A stretch of 64,000 nt of DNA from an uncultured Gemmatimonadales bacterium (GTDB lineage: Bacteria; Gemmatimonadota; Gemmatimonadetes; Longimicrobiales; Longimicrobiaceae), in assembly GCA_963716255.1 (NCBI GenBank), contig OY970303.1:4064001-4128000 (forward strand), read 5' to 3'. Under the pieces are notes generated by a model. It searched no databases. It was given only the letters and a program-made list of their open reading frames with translations, and was not told where the DNA came from. This document shows, piece by piece, positions 38,877 to 48,294 of the stretch (position 1 is its first letter; each line of letters starts with the position of its first letter). Both the position numbers and the translations under genes were made by a program.

Positions 38877-41786
38877 CTACTCCCTGAACCGCGCGACGGC
38901 GACCGGACGCGAGCGATGGGTGCGGGTGCCGTCCCCGAGCTGTCCCTCCAGGTTGTACCCCCAGCAGTAGCCGCGGCCGAACCCGGTCACCCCGCAGGTG
39001 TGGGCGCCGCTCGCGTGGAGCGAGGCGAAGCGGAGCCCGCCGGCCACCGGGACCGGCGCGGCGCGGTCCGCGCTGGTCCCGTCGCCCAGCTGCCCGCGGT
39101 CGTTGCGGCCCCAGCACCATGCCTCGCCGTCGCCTGCGAGCGCGCAGGCGTGCTCGCCGCCCGCGGCGATGGCGCCGAAGCGCTTCCCGCCGCGCACGGG
39201 GACGGGGCGGGCCCGGTCGGCGGTGGTGCCGTCGCCCAGCTGCCCGTGGTCGCCCCGGCCCCAGCACCACGCCTCGCCGTCGCCGGTGAGGGCGCAGGTG
39301 TGGGCGCTCCCGGCGGCCAGGGCGACGAGCCGCCGGTCCAGCTCCGCCGCCACGGGGGTGCGGCGGCTGCTCCGCTCGCCGTCGCCCAGCTGCCCGCGCG
39401 CGCCGGCGCCCCAGCACAGGGCGCGGCCGCGGGCGTCCAGCGCGCAGGCGTGGTCCCAGCCCACGGCGAGCCGCCGGAAGCCGCTCCCCCGCACCCGCAC
39501 GGGGACCGGCCGGGCGGAGGTGCTCCCGTCGCCCAGCTGCCCGTGCCGGTTGCCGCCCCAGCAGTACACGGCGCCGTCCGCCAGGCCGCAGCTGTGGGCG
39601 TTCCCGGTGCCCAGCGCGGTGAAGCTGCGATTCCCCGCCACGCGGACGGGTTCGGTGCGCGGCCGGGTGCCGCCGTCGCCCAGCTGTCCGGCGTCGTCGG
39701 CGCCCCAGCAGTACGCGGCGCCGCCCCCGGCGAGGCCGCAGGTGTGCAGCACTCCCCCGGCGAGCGAGGTGAAGGCCAGTCCCCCGCCCACGCGCGCGGG
39801 GGTGGAGCGGCGCTCGGTCTCGCCGGTGCCCAGCTGGCCGCGGTCGTTGCCGCCCCAGCAGTACGCCTCGCCCGAGGCGCCCAGGGCGCAGGTGTGCATC
39901 CCCCCCGCGGCGATCGTGGCGGTCGGGGCGGCGGGCTGCGGCGGCTCGGCGGCGCGGGCGGCGAAGCGCACCCGCAGCCCGGGCGTCCCCTCGACGGACG
40001 CTTCGGCGGCGGCGCGGCCGGCGTCGCCGCCCAGGGTCCACGCTGCGGCGGCGCGCCCGGCGGAGTCGGTCCGCGCCCAGCCGGGCGCCACCGTGCCCCC
40101 GCCGCGCGCCGCGCGGAAGCGCACCCGCACGCCGGCCACCGGGTTCCCGAAGGCGTCCTCCACCCGCACGGCGAGCGAGTCGGGCAGCGCCTCGCCCGCG
40201 GCGCCCTCCTGGGCGTCGCCCGCGGCGGCGGCGATCCGCGCCGGGGCCGCGGCCACGCCGCGCGCCTGCAGCACCAGCGGCTCCGCGATCCCGGCCACGC
40301 GGGCGGCGAGCGTCTGCTCGGCCGCCGTCCCGCCCAGCGTCCACGCCGCGCGCGCCACGCCCAGCGAGTCGGTGCGCGCCGTGGCCGGCGAGACGGCGCC
40401 GCCGCCGCCGGCCTGGAAGCTCACCACCACGCCGGCCACGGGGGCGCCGCCCGCGTCCTCCACCCGCACGGCCGCGGAGTCGGCGAGCGCCTGGCCCACC
40501 CGTCCCCGCAGCTCCCCGCCGCCCGGGGCGGCGAGCCGCGCGGCGAGGGGCGTGGCCGCCATGCGGGGCGGGGGCGCCGCGGGCCGCGTCGCCCGGGGCG
40601 CCGGTGCCGCCACGGGCCCCGCGGTCCGCTCCGGGGAAGCGCCGTCGCGCAGCGCGGCCGCGGCGCCCACGGCGGCGGCCAGCAGCAGCGCCCCGCCGGC
40701 CGCGGCGGCGGCGAGCCGGGGGGAGCGCCACCGGCGCTGCGGCGTGGCGGCGAGCGGCACCATGACGGGAGCCGGAGCGGCAGCCGGCGGGGGCGCCGCG
40801 GGAGCCTTCACGTCGCCGCGCTGGTAGCGGAGGGTGGGATTCCGCTCGTCGGGGAGCGGCGTGGAGGCGGGGGCGGGTGGGGAAGCGGCGGGGAGCGGCG
40901 GGGGGACCGCGCCGGTCCCCGCGAGGCAGGCCAGCAGCTCGCCGGCGCCCGCCCAGCGGGTGTCGCGGTCCTTGCGGAGGGCCACCTCGACGGCGGCGGC
41001 AAGGCGGGGCGGGACCCCCGGGCGCAGCGTCGCCAGCGGCGGGATCGCCACGTTCCTGTGGTTGTAGATGGTGGCGTAGATCGTCGCCCCCTCCCACGGC
41101 CGCCGCCCCGTCAGCATCTCGTAGCCCACCAGCCCCAGGCCGTACAGGTCGCTGCGGCCGTCCACCGCTCCCCCGTCGACCTGCTCGGGCGACATGTAGG
41201 TGGGGGTGCCCAGCGCCGTCCCCTCCATCGTCAGCTCCTCGGCGTCCGTCCAGCGCGCGATGCCGAAGTCGGCCAGCAGCGCCCGCCCGGTCTCCTCGTC
41301 CAGGTAGACGTTGCCGGGCTTGACGTCGCGGTGGACGATGCGGCGGCCGTGCGCGTACGCCAGCGCCCCGGCGAGGTCGCGCAGCACGCGCACCGCCCGC
41401 TCGAAGGCGAAGGGACCGCCCTGGCGGATGGCTTCCCGGAGCGTCGTCCCCGGGACGTACTGCATCACCAGGGCGAGGCTCCCGTCCTCCAGGTGCCGGG
41501 TCTCGTACAGGGTGACGATGCCGGAGTGGTCGAGCCGCGCGACGGTGCGCGCCTCGCGCTCCATGCGCGCGACGGTCTCGGCGTCGTCGGCGTGCTGCGC
41601 GTGGATCACCTTGACGGCGACCTCGCGCCCCAGCTCGCGGTCGCGCGCCAGGTACACCACCGCCATCCCGCCGCGCCCCAGCTCCCGCAGCAGCTCGTAG
41701 CGTCGCGCGAGGCTGCGCAGGCGCACGGCGTCCTCGGGCCGGAGCGCGCGCTCGTGCGGATGGCTGTGCTGGGCGGGCGGACTCAT
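38877..41786 (-). CDS. Transmembrane Ser/Thr protein kinase with two Ig-like repeats and an RCC1-repeat propeller
   Basis: 'LGRGGMAVVY','VAVK','HRDVKPGN','DFG','GTPTYMSPE'; TM helix; 'VEDAFGNPVAGV'; 6-7 'HTC.L...G..YCWG.N..GQLGDG' repeats. Confidence 0.93.
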   Translation of the reverse strand: MSPPAQHSHPHERALRPEDAVRLRSLARRYELLRELGRGGMAVVYLARDRELGREVAVKVIHAQHADDAETVARMEREARTVARLDHSGIVTLYETRHLEDGSLALVMQYVPGTTLREAIRQGGPFAFERAVRVLRDLAGALAYAHGRRIVHRDVKPGNVYLDEETGRALLADFGIARWTDAEELTMEGTALGTPTYMSPEQVDGGAVDGRSDLYGLGLVGYEMLTGRRPWEGATIYATIYNHRNVAIPPLATLRPGVPPRLAAAVEVALRKDRDTRWAGAGELLACLAGTGAVPPPLPAASPPAPASTPLPDERNPTLRYQRGDVKAPAAPPPAAAPAPVMVPLAATPQRRWRSPRLAAAAAGGALLLAAAVGAAAALRDGASPERTAGPVAAPAPRATRPAAPPPRMAATPLAARLAAPGGGELRGRVGQALADSAAVRVEDAGGAPVAGVVVSFQAGGGGAVSPATARTDSLGVARAAWTLGGTAAEQTLAARVAGIAEPLVLQARGVAAAPARIAAAAGDAQEGAAGEALPDSLAVRVEDAFGNPVAGVRVRFRAARGGGTVAPGWARTDSAGRAAAAWTLGGDAGRAAAEASVEGTPGLRVRFAARAAEPPQPAAPTATIAAGGMHTCALGASGEAYCWGGNDRGQLGTGETERRSTPARVGGGLAFTSLAGGVLHTCGLAGGGAAYCWGADDAGQLGDGGTRPRTEPVRVAGNRSFTALGTGNAHSCGLADGAVYCWGGNRHGQLGDGSTSARPVPVRVRGSGFRRLAVGWDHACALDARGRALCWGAGARGQLGDGERSSRRTPVAAELDRRLVALAAGSAHTCALTGDGEAWCWGRGDHGQLGDGTTADRARPVPVRGGKRFGAIAAGGEHACALAGDGEAWCWGRNDRGQLGDGTSADRAAPVPVAGGLRFASLHASGAHTCGVTGFGRGYCWGYNLEGQLGDGTRTHRSRPVAVARFRE

Positions 41787-42012
41787 GGGCGGGGAGGCTC
41801 CTCGGCACTGCGGGTGCGGGCCGCGGCGGACCCAGGCGGAAAGTCCGGTCGCGGCGCATCCCCATGGGGCGCATCACGAAGCGTACCAGGGGCCAGCCGG
41901 CCGCACGGCCGGTAAACACGTGGCGCCCGCGCCGGGAAGTGCCCGGGCGGGCGCCACGCTCGTCGTACGGTCGCAACAGGTCGGCCGCTGCGCCCGCGAA
42001 ACCCCGCCGGCG

Positions 42013-43071
42013 TCAGTCCTTGGCGGTCCAGTCGCCGGATCCCTCGCCGAAGCCGCCGCCCCCCAGCGTTTCGCTCCGCAGCGCCATGGCCACCCCCGCC
42101 CCCAGCGCCGCCACCGCGAGCGCGGTGCGGATGGGGTGCAGCCGCGCCCCGGTGTAGGCGCTGGTCTTCGCCACGTGGCCGGGGTAGTCGCCGCGCTCGG
42201 ACAGGTCGCCCCGCAACGGCTTGAAAAGGGTGTCGCGGCGGCGCTCCGGGGCGGGCTCGTCGCGCTTCTGCTGGTCGAAGAGGCTCGCTTCCATGTAGCG
42301 GTCGGTCAGCCGCGGCCTCAGCAGGCCCAGCCCGGCGATCGCCCGTCCCCCGGCGCCCACGGTGATGTCGCGCACGGGCCGCTCGGCGCAGCGGAGGATG
42401 GCCTTCGCCACCACCCGCGGCGAGTACACCGGCGGCGGGAGGGTGGGCTCGGCGTCCATCACGCTCTTTGCGTGGCTGGTGAACTGGGTGTCGATGGACG
42501 CGGGCTTCACCAGCGTCACGGAGATGGGCGCGCCCTCCTCCTCCAGCTCCATCCGCAGCGCGTCGGTGAACCCCTTCACGGCGTGCTTGCTGGCGGAGTA
42601 GTGCCCCTGGAGCGGGACGGCGCGGTCGGAGACGACGCTCCCCACGTTGATGAGCGCCCCGCCGTGCGGACGCAGGAACTCGGCGGCAACCAGGGAGCCG
42701 TGCACCGTCCCCCAGTAGTTGGTCTCGAACAGGCGCCGCGCGTCCTCCAGCGCCACCTCCTCCACGCGCCCGTACACGGACACGCCCGCGTTGTTGACCC
42801 AGGTGTCCACCCCGCCGAACTCGCGCACGGCCAGCTCGGCCACGGCGCGCAGCTGGTCGTAGCTCGCCACGTCGGCCACGGCATAGGCGGCCTCCCCGCC
42901 GCCCTTCTGGATCTCGCGCACGGCCTTCTTCAGATCGGCCTTGTCGCGCGAGGCGAGCACCACGCGCGCCCCCCGCTCCGAGGCCAGCCGCGCCGTCGCC
43001 AGCCCGATCCCGCTGGAGGCGCCGGTCACGACGACGACCTGCTCCTCGATGGGCTTCAACTCGATCTTCAT
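42013..43071 (-). CDS. Short-chain dehydrogenase/reductase
   Basis: 'VVTGASSGIG','NNAG','YSASK'; GGAG RBS. Confidence 0.93.
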   Translation of the reverse strand: MKIELKPIEEQVVVVTGASSGIGLATARLASERGARVVLASRDKADLKKAVREIQKGGGEAAYAVADVASYDQLRAVAELAVREFGGVDTWVNNAGVSVYGRVEEVALEDARRLFETNYWGTVHGSLVAAEFLRPHGGALINVGSVVSDRAVPLQGHYSASKHAVKGFTDALRMELEEEGAPISVTLVKPASIDTQFTSHAKSVMDAEPTLPPPVYSPRVVAKAILRCAERPVRDITVGAGGRAIAGLGLLRPRLTDRYMEASLFDQQKRDEPAPERRRDTLFKPLRGDLSERGDYPGHVAKTSAYTGARLHPIRTALAVAALGAGVAMALRSETLGGGGFGEGSGDWTAKD

Positions 43072-43287
43072 GTCTCCCAGGCTCCTCCGTAAATGCTCCT
43101 TCCCACGTTCCGCGGAGGACGGACGGGCCGCAACCGCCGTGCCGGGGGCGCGGCCGGGTCGAGGGGCACGACTCCGCCTCGTCGGTCGGCTGGCCGGATC
43201 GGCTATGCACCGGGCATGAAAAACGAGCGGGCGCCTTCAAGGAGAAAGACGCCCGCAGGTGCAGATTTCGGAGGGCGGAGCCGGCGG

Positions 43288-43580
43288 CTACACGCGATCC
43301 CGCCAGGTTCCCGGGTCGCGTCGTGCGTGGAGGCAGCCACCTGGACGGTGTCGTCCGTGACGGCGAAAACGATCCCGTACGGGAAGCGGTGGAGGAGGGC
43401 GCGGCGGAAGTGCCCGTAGACCACGGTGAAGCGCGCCGGGTTGCTCCGGATCGCCCCGAGCACGGTTTCCACCTCCTCCACGAACTCCCTGCCGAGCCCG
43501 GCTCTCTGCTCATCGTACCACAGACGCGCTTCGCGGAGGTCGTCGCGCGCCTCCGGCTGGAGCCGGAGCTTGTAGCTCAC
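43288..43580 (-). pseudogene. RelE/ParE-family toxin with an apparent frameshift at ~43335
   Basis: 'MSYKLRLQPEARDDLREARLWYDEQRAGLGREF...RRALLHRFPYGIVF'; family-typical ending 'CLHARRDPGTWRDRV*' (TAG 43288-43290) lies in a different frame. Confidence 0.75.
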
Positions 43581-43795
43581 CTGTTGCCCATGATCTCCAC
43601 CCGGGCCTGGTCCCAGGGGATTCCCCGGTCGGGGTCCTGCTCGTGCAGGGCCCAGCGGCGGTCCAGCTCGCGGCGCTGGGCTTCGCTGAGGGGCAGCGCC
43701 TCCGGGTGGGAGGCGATGCTGTCCCGGAGGTCTTCCAGGAGCTGCAGCCGCTCGTGGAGGGGAAGCTGGAGCAGGTCGGTGCGTGAGATGGCCAT
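43577..43795 (-). CDS. Putative addiction-module antitoxin (72 aa)
   Basis: 'LLQLPLHERLQLLEDL.DSI...LSEAQRRELDRR...DPDRGIPWDQAR'; GTGA-coupled to the toxin; TAACCT -10 box 7 nt before ATG suggests a leaderless mRNA. Confidence 0.85.
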   Translation of the reverse strand: MAISRTDLLQLPLHERLQLLEDLRDSIASHPEALPLSEAQRRELDRRWALHEQDPDRGIPWDQARVEIMGNR

Positions 43796-43922
43796 GTTCG
43801 ATAGGTTAGCGGGTGAGGGGACGGTTCGGAAGTCCGTTCTCCGGCCCACGGTCGGTGGTACACGGTCCGGGCCCGCCGGTTTCGGCCGGGAGCCCGTGGC
43901 GATTCGCTCCACGGAAAAAGGA

Positions 43923-44924
43923 ATGACGCAGGAGATCGAGGCGGTGGAGGACCCGGCGCTCGCGGCGCGCGTGGTGTCGCGGACGCCGCTGCTGTACGCG
44001 GCCGGCGCCGACCCGGGGGCCGACCGCCCGGCGCACGTGCGCGCGGGGTCCAGCCTGGCGTGGGTGGACGGCCGGCTCGCCGTGGTGCAGGACGACGCCA
44101 GCTTCGTCGCGCTGGTGGACCCGGCGACGATGCGCGCCGCCGCCGTCCACCTGCCGGCGGGGCACGAGGGGAAGCGCCAGTTCGACGACCGCCGCGGGAC
44201 CAAGGCGCACAAGCTGGACCTGGAAGCGTGCGTGGCCGTGCCGGGCGAGGGCGGGGACGTGCTGCTCGCCTTCGGCTCCGGGTCGTCGCCGCGGCGCGAG
44301 CAGGTGGTGGTGCTGGAAGGGTGGGCGGACGACCGGCCGGCGGTGTCGCTGCGCGACGCGTCCGCGCTGTACGCCCGCCTGCGCGGGACCGCCGACTTCG
44401 CCGGGAGCGAGCTGAACCTGGAGGGCGCGGTGTGGATGGACGGCCGCGTTCGCCTCTTCGGGCGCGGCAACGGCGCCGCGCGCGGCGAGGTGAACCCCGT
44501 GGACGCCACCTGCGACCTGGAGTGGGAAGCGCTGCGGGCGTACCTCCGGGACCCGGCCGCGGCGCCCCCGCCGGAGCCCCGCGGCGTGGTCCGCTGGCGG
44601 CTGGGATCGGTGGACGGGCTGCGGCTGGGCTTCACCGACGCCGCGCGCGCCGGCGCCGGGCTCCTGTACTGCGCCTCCGCCGAGGACTCGCCCGACACGA
44701 CCCGCGACGGCCGCGTGGCGGGCTCCGCGCTGGGCGTGTTCGACGCGGGAGGCGGCGCGCGCTGGACGCTGCTGCGCGGCGAGGACGGCACCGCGTTCAC
44801 CGGCAAGGTGGAGGGGCTGGCGGTCCCGCCCGGCTCCCGCGGACGGGCCTGGGTAGTGGTGGACCGCGACGATCCCGACGCCCCCAGCGAGCTGTGCGCC
44901 GTGGAGCTGCGGGGAGGGTGGTAG
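43923..44924 (+). CDS. Conserved hypothetical beta-propeller-like protein (DUF6910/DUF6929-like)
   Basis: 'HVRAGSSL','KLDLEAC','FGSGSSPRRE','LNLEGA','KVEGLA'; AAAGGA RBS. Confidence 0.7.
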   Translation: MTQEIEAVEDPALAARVVSRTPLLYAAGADPGADRPAHVRAGSSLAWVDGRLAVVQDDASFVALVDPATMRAAAVHLPAGHEGKRQFDDRRGTKAHKLDLEACVAVPGEGGDVLLAFGSGSSPRREQVVVLEGWADDRPAVSLRDASALYARLRGTADFAGSELNLEGAVWMDGRVRLFGRGNGAARGEVNPVDATCDLEWEALRAYLRDPAAAPPPEPRGVVRWRLGSVDGLRLGFTDAARAGAGLLYCASAEDSPDTTRDGRVAGSALGVFDAGGGARWTLLRGEDGTAFTGKVEGLAVPPGSRGRAWVVVDRDDPDAPSELCAVELRGGW

Positions 44925-44928
44925 CCCC

Positions 44929-45393
44929 GTGAGCGCCCACATTCACCAGCTCAGCGTTTCCGGCGGCGGCGTCCCCAAGCTCCCCGTCGCCGTGGCCGAG
45001 GTGACCGCGAACGGCATCGTGGGAGACCGGCAGCGAAACCGCCGCTTCCACGGCGGTCCGAAGCGCGCCGTCTGCCTGTTCGCGCTGGAGGAGATCGAGC
45101 GCCTGCGCGCCGAGGGCCACCCCGTCGCCCCCGGCACCACCGGCGAGAACGTCACCGTCGCCGGGCTCCCCTGGGAGCGGGTGCGCCTCGGCGCGCGCCT
45201 GGCGCTGGGCGGCGAGGTGGTGCTGGAGGTCACCTCCTACACCGCGCCGTGCAAGAACATCGGCCCGTCCTTTCGCGACGGCGACTTCACCCGCATCTCC
45301 CAGAAGCTGCACCCGGGCGAGTCGCGCGTGTACGCCCGCGTCCTGAGCCCCGGCACCGTCCGCACCGGCGACCCCGTCCGCCTCCTGGAATAG
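44929..45393 (+). CDS. MOSC-domain protein (YiiM-like)
   Basis: 'GGVPK','GIVGDRQ...HGGPKRAVC','GENVT','PCKNI'. Confidence 0.9.
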   Translation: MSAHIHQLSVSGGGVPKLPVAVAEVTANGIVGDRQRNRRFHGGPKRAVCLFALEEIERLRAEGHPVAPGTTGENVTVAGLPWERVRLGARLALGGEVVLEVTSYTAPCKNIGPSFRDGDFTRISQKLHPGESRVYARVLSPGTVRTGDPVRLLE

Positions 45394-45485
45394 CGGCGGT
45401 CCCGCAATTCCGCACTCCCCCGGGTACGACATTCGCGGCGGGTCGCCCGACCGTCCGCCGCGCACCCGTTTCCCGGAGGCCGCCC

Positions 45486-46622
45486 ATGATCCGCATCGTG
45501 CTCGTCCTGCTCCTCCTCGCGGGCTGCTCGGACGATCCGGGCGGCACGGTCGATCCGCCGGGCGGCGGCGAGATCCGCCTGACCGAGGTCGCGGCCGGGC
45601 TGAGCGGCCCCGTGTTCCTCACCGCTCCCCGCCCGGACGCGCGCCTCTTCGTGGTGGAGCAGCCGGGGCGCATCCGCGTGGTGGAGAACGGCGCGCTGCT
45701 CCCCACGCCCTTTTTGGACATCACCGACCGCGTTTCCAGCGGCGGCGAGCGGGGGCTGCTCAGCGTCGCCTTCCACCCCTCGTACGCCACCAACGGCTAC
45801 TTCTACGTCGACTACACGGACCGGGGCGGCGACACCCGCATCGAGCGCTACCGCGTGGGTGCGGACCGCAACCGCGCCGACCCCGCCTCCGCCAGGCTGA
45901 TCCTGCAGGTGGCGCAGCCATTCGCCAACCACAACGGCGGGCTGGTGGCGTTCGGGCCGGACGGAAAGCTGTACGTGGGGATGGGCGACGGCGGGTCCGG
46001 CGGCGACCCGCTGGGCCACGGCCAGAACCGCGCGACGCTGCTGGGCGACATCCTGCGCATCGACGTGGACGCCGGCGACCCGTACGCCGTCCCCGCGGAC
46101 AACCCGTTCGTGGGGCAGGCGGGCGCCCGCGGCGAGATCTGGGCGACCGGGGTGCGCAACCCCTGGCGCTTCGCCTTCGACCGCGAGGCCGGGCTCCTGT
46201 ACGTGGCCGACGTGGGGCAGAACGCGCTGGAGGAGGTCAACGTGGTCCCCGCCGCGAGTGCCGGGCTCAACTTCGGGTGGAACGTGATGGAGGGGAGCCG
46301 CTGCTTCAGCCCGGCGGAGGGGTGCAGCCGGACGGGGCTGGTGGTGCCGGTGCTGGAGTACGGGCACTCGGAAGGGTGCTCCGTCACCGGCGGCTACGTG
46401 TACCGCGGCAGCCGCATCCCGGCGCTCCGCGGGCACTACTTCTACGCCGACTACTGCCAGGGGTGGATCCGCAGCTTCCGCCACCAGGGCGGCCAGGCGC
46501 TGGACCGGCGGGAGTGGGCGCTGGGCGGCGTGGGCAGCGTGCTTTCCTTCGGCGAGGATGCGGCGGGCGAGCTGTACGTGCTTTCCGCGAACGGGCGGGT
46601 GTACCGGATCGAACCGGCCTGA
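45486..46622 (+). CDS. PQQ-dependent glucose/sorbosone dehydrogenase-family lipoprotein
   Basis: Lipobox 'LAGC'; 'GERGLLSVAFHP','NHNGG','GDGG','GVRNPWRF'. Confidence 0.9.
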   Translation: MIRIVLVLLLLAGCSDDPGGTVDPPGGGEIRLTEVAAGLSGPVFLTAPRPDARLFVVEQPGRIRVVENGALLPTPFLDITDRVSSGGERGLLSVAFHPSYATNGYFYVDYTDRGGDTRIERYRVGADRNRADPASARLILQVAQPFANHNGGLVAFGPDGKLYVGMGDGGSGGDPLGHGQNRATLLGDILRIDVDAGDPYAVPADNPFVGQAGARGEIWATGVRNPWRFAFDREAGLLYVADVGQNALEEVNVVPAASAGLNFGWNVMEGSRCFSPAEGCSRTGLVVPVLEYGHSEGCSVTGGYVYRGSRIPALRGHYFYADYCQGWIRSFRHQGGQALDRREWALGGVGSVLSFGEDAAGELYVLSANGRVYRIEPA

Positions 46623-46848
46623 CCGCTCCGCGGCCTGTCCCCTTTCCGGGCGCCGTGCTGTCCTCCCGCGCAGACGGGGTGCGGGCGCGCCTTATCCGAC
46701 TCGCGGAGTCAACCCGCTGCCGCCAATCGGCTTGGCCCTGCGGCGCGGCCGGGAACGCGGGTTGCCCGCTGGAAGGGTGCCCGTCCCCCTCGGCTCCCTC
46801 CGGCCGCCCGGGCGCTCCCGTCCACACCTCCGCAAGGGATGGTGCCCC

Positions 46849-47613
46849 ATGTTCTCCAAGCTCGAAACGAAAAGCCGCAGGCGCCGGATCTTCAGCCCCA
46901 CCACGGTCGCGCTTTCGGCGGGGGCGCACGTCCTCCTGCTGGGCGGCGTGCTGCTCGCGTCCAGCGGGGAGGCGACGCGCCCGAGAGTCCTCGTGCTCCC
47001 CATCGAGGACTACTTCCCGGAGGAAGTGAAGCCCGCGCCCGTCCCGCCGCCGGCCACTCCCCCGGAGCCCGTCGCGCCGCCCGAGGACACCCCGCGGCCG
47101 GTCCCGGGCGACTTCGTCAACCCCGTGCCGCCCGAGGACGTCCCCGCCGAGCTGCCCCGGTTCGACCCGTCCGACACGCCGCTCACGCCCGACATGACCA
47201 CCGGGATCGGCAGACCCGGCGATGTCATCGGCCCGCGCGTCCCCGGCGACGTCCGCCCGCCCACGGGGGAGACCCGGCCCACCCCGCACGACGGCGTCCA
47301 CACCGTGAGCTCCGTGGAGGAGCGGCCGGCGCTCCGCAACGCGGCGGAGATGCAGCGCGTGCTCCAGCGGCTCTACCCGGAGCTGCTGCGCGACGCCGGC
47401 GTTTCCGGGGAAACGCAGCTCCAGTTCGTGGTGGACACCGAGGGGAACGTGGAGCCGGGGAGCGTGACGGTCCTTTCCTCCACCCACGCGGCGTTCGAAG
47501 CGGCCTCCCTGCGGGCGGCGGAAAGGTTCCGCTTCCGCCCCGCGAAGATCGGCAGCCGGGCCGTGCGCGTGGTGATCAACATGCCCATCACCTGGAAGCT
47601 GGACGGCAACTGA
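46849..47613 (+). CDS. Energy transducer TonB-family protein
   Basis: N-terminal TM with 'S..AH'; Pro-rich linker; 'YPELLRDAGVSG...FVVD..G.V','FRPAK.G'. Confidence 0.88.
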   Translation: MFSKLETKSRRRRIFSPTTVALSAGAHVLLLGGVLLASSGEATRPRVLVLPIEDYFPEEVKPAPVPPPATPPEPVAPPEDTPRPVPGDFVNPVPPEDVPAELPRFDPSDTPLTPDMTTGIGRPGDVIGPRVPGDVRPPTGETRPTPHDGVHTVSSVEERPALRNAAEMQRVLQRLYPELLRDAGVSGETQLQFVVDTEGNVEPGSVTVLSSTHAAFEAASLRAAERFRFRPAKIGSRAVRVVINMPITWKLDGN

Positions 47614-47644
47614 GCCCGGCCGCCGTCCGGAACCGGAGCGACGA

Positions 47645-47675
47645 AGGGGGCCCGGCGCATCGCGCCGGGCCCCCT
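47645..47675. terminator. Hairpin between convergent TonB and response-regulator genes
   Basis: AGGGGGCCCGGCGC-atc-GCGCCGGGCCCCCT. Confidence 0.65.
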
Positions 47676-47697
47676 GTCGCTTCGTGCGGCCGCAGGC

Positions 47698-48078
47698 TCA
47701 GTTCGGCCTGCTGCCCGGGCCGATGCGGCGGCGGACCTCCTCCAGCACCCGGCGCGGGTCCAGCGGCTTGCTGAGGAAGCCGTCGCAGCCCGCGGCCACG
47801 GCGCGCTTCCCCACCGAGCCGTACGCGTGCGCCGTCATCACCACGATGGGGATGTGGCCCGTCTCCGGGTCGCTCTTCAGCGCCTCCGTGGCCCCGAAGC
47901 CGTCCAGCCGCGGCACCGACAGGTCCATGAGGATCAGGTCCGGCAGGTTGCGGCGGGCGCAGTCCACCCCCTCCTCGCCGTTCTCCGCCTTGAGGACGCG
48001 GTAGCCGTGGCGCTCCAGGTACACGGAGTGGATCGCCATGGCCTCCAGCTGGTCTTCCACGATCAGGACGGTCTTCAT
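47698..48078 (-). CDS. Single-domain response regulator (DivK/CheY-like)
   Basis: 'MKTVLIVED','PDLILMDLSVP','TAHA','GCDGFLSKP'. Confidence 0.9.
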   Translation of the reverse strand: MKTVLIVEDQLEAMAIHSVYLERHGYRVLKAENGEEGVDCARRNLPDLILMDLSVPRLDGFGATEALKSDPETGHIPIVVMTAHAYGSVGKRAVAAGCDGFLSKPLDPRRVLEEVRRRIGPGSRPN

Positions 48079-48294
48079 CTCACTTCGATTCCGGTACGGC
48101 CGGATGCGGCGGACGCCGCCGCGGGGCGGGGTCCGGCACCGGCGTGGGCCGTCAGGCGTCTGGATGGCTTGGCCTGAATGGATGGACACGCGGCGCCGCG
48201 CGCGCAAGTCCCGTCCCGCCACACGTCTACACTCGCGCGGACCCGGGAGGTCCATCGGGCGGGGACGGCACGCCTGCGTGCCGTACGGCAGAGG

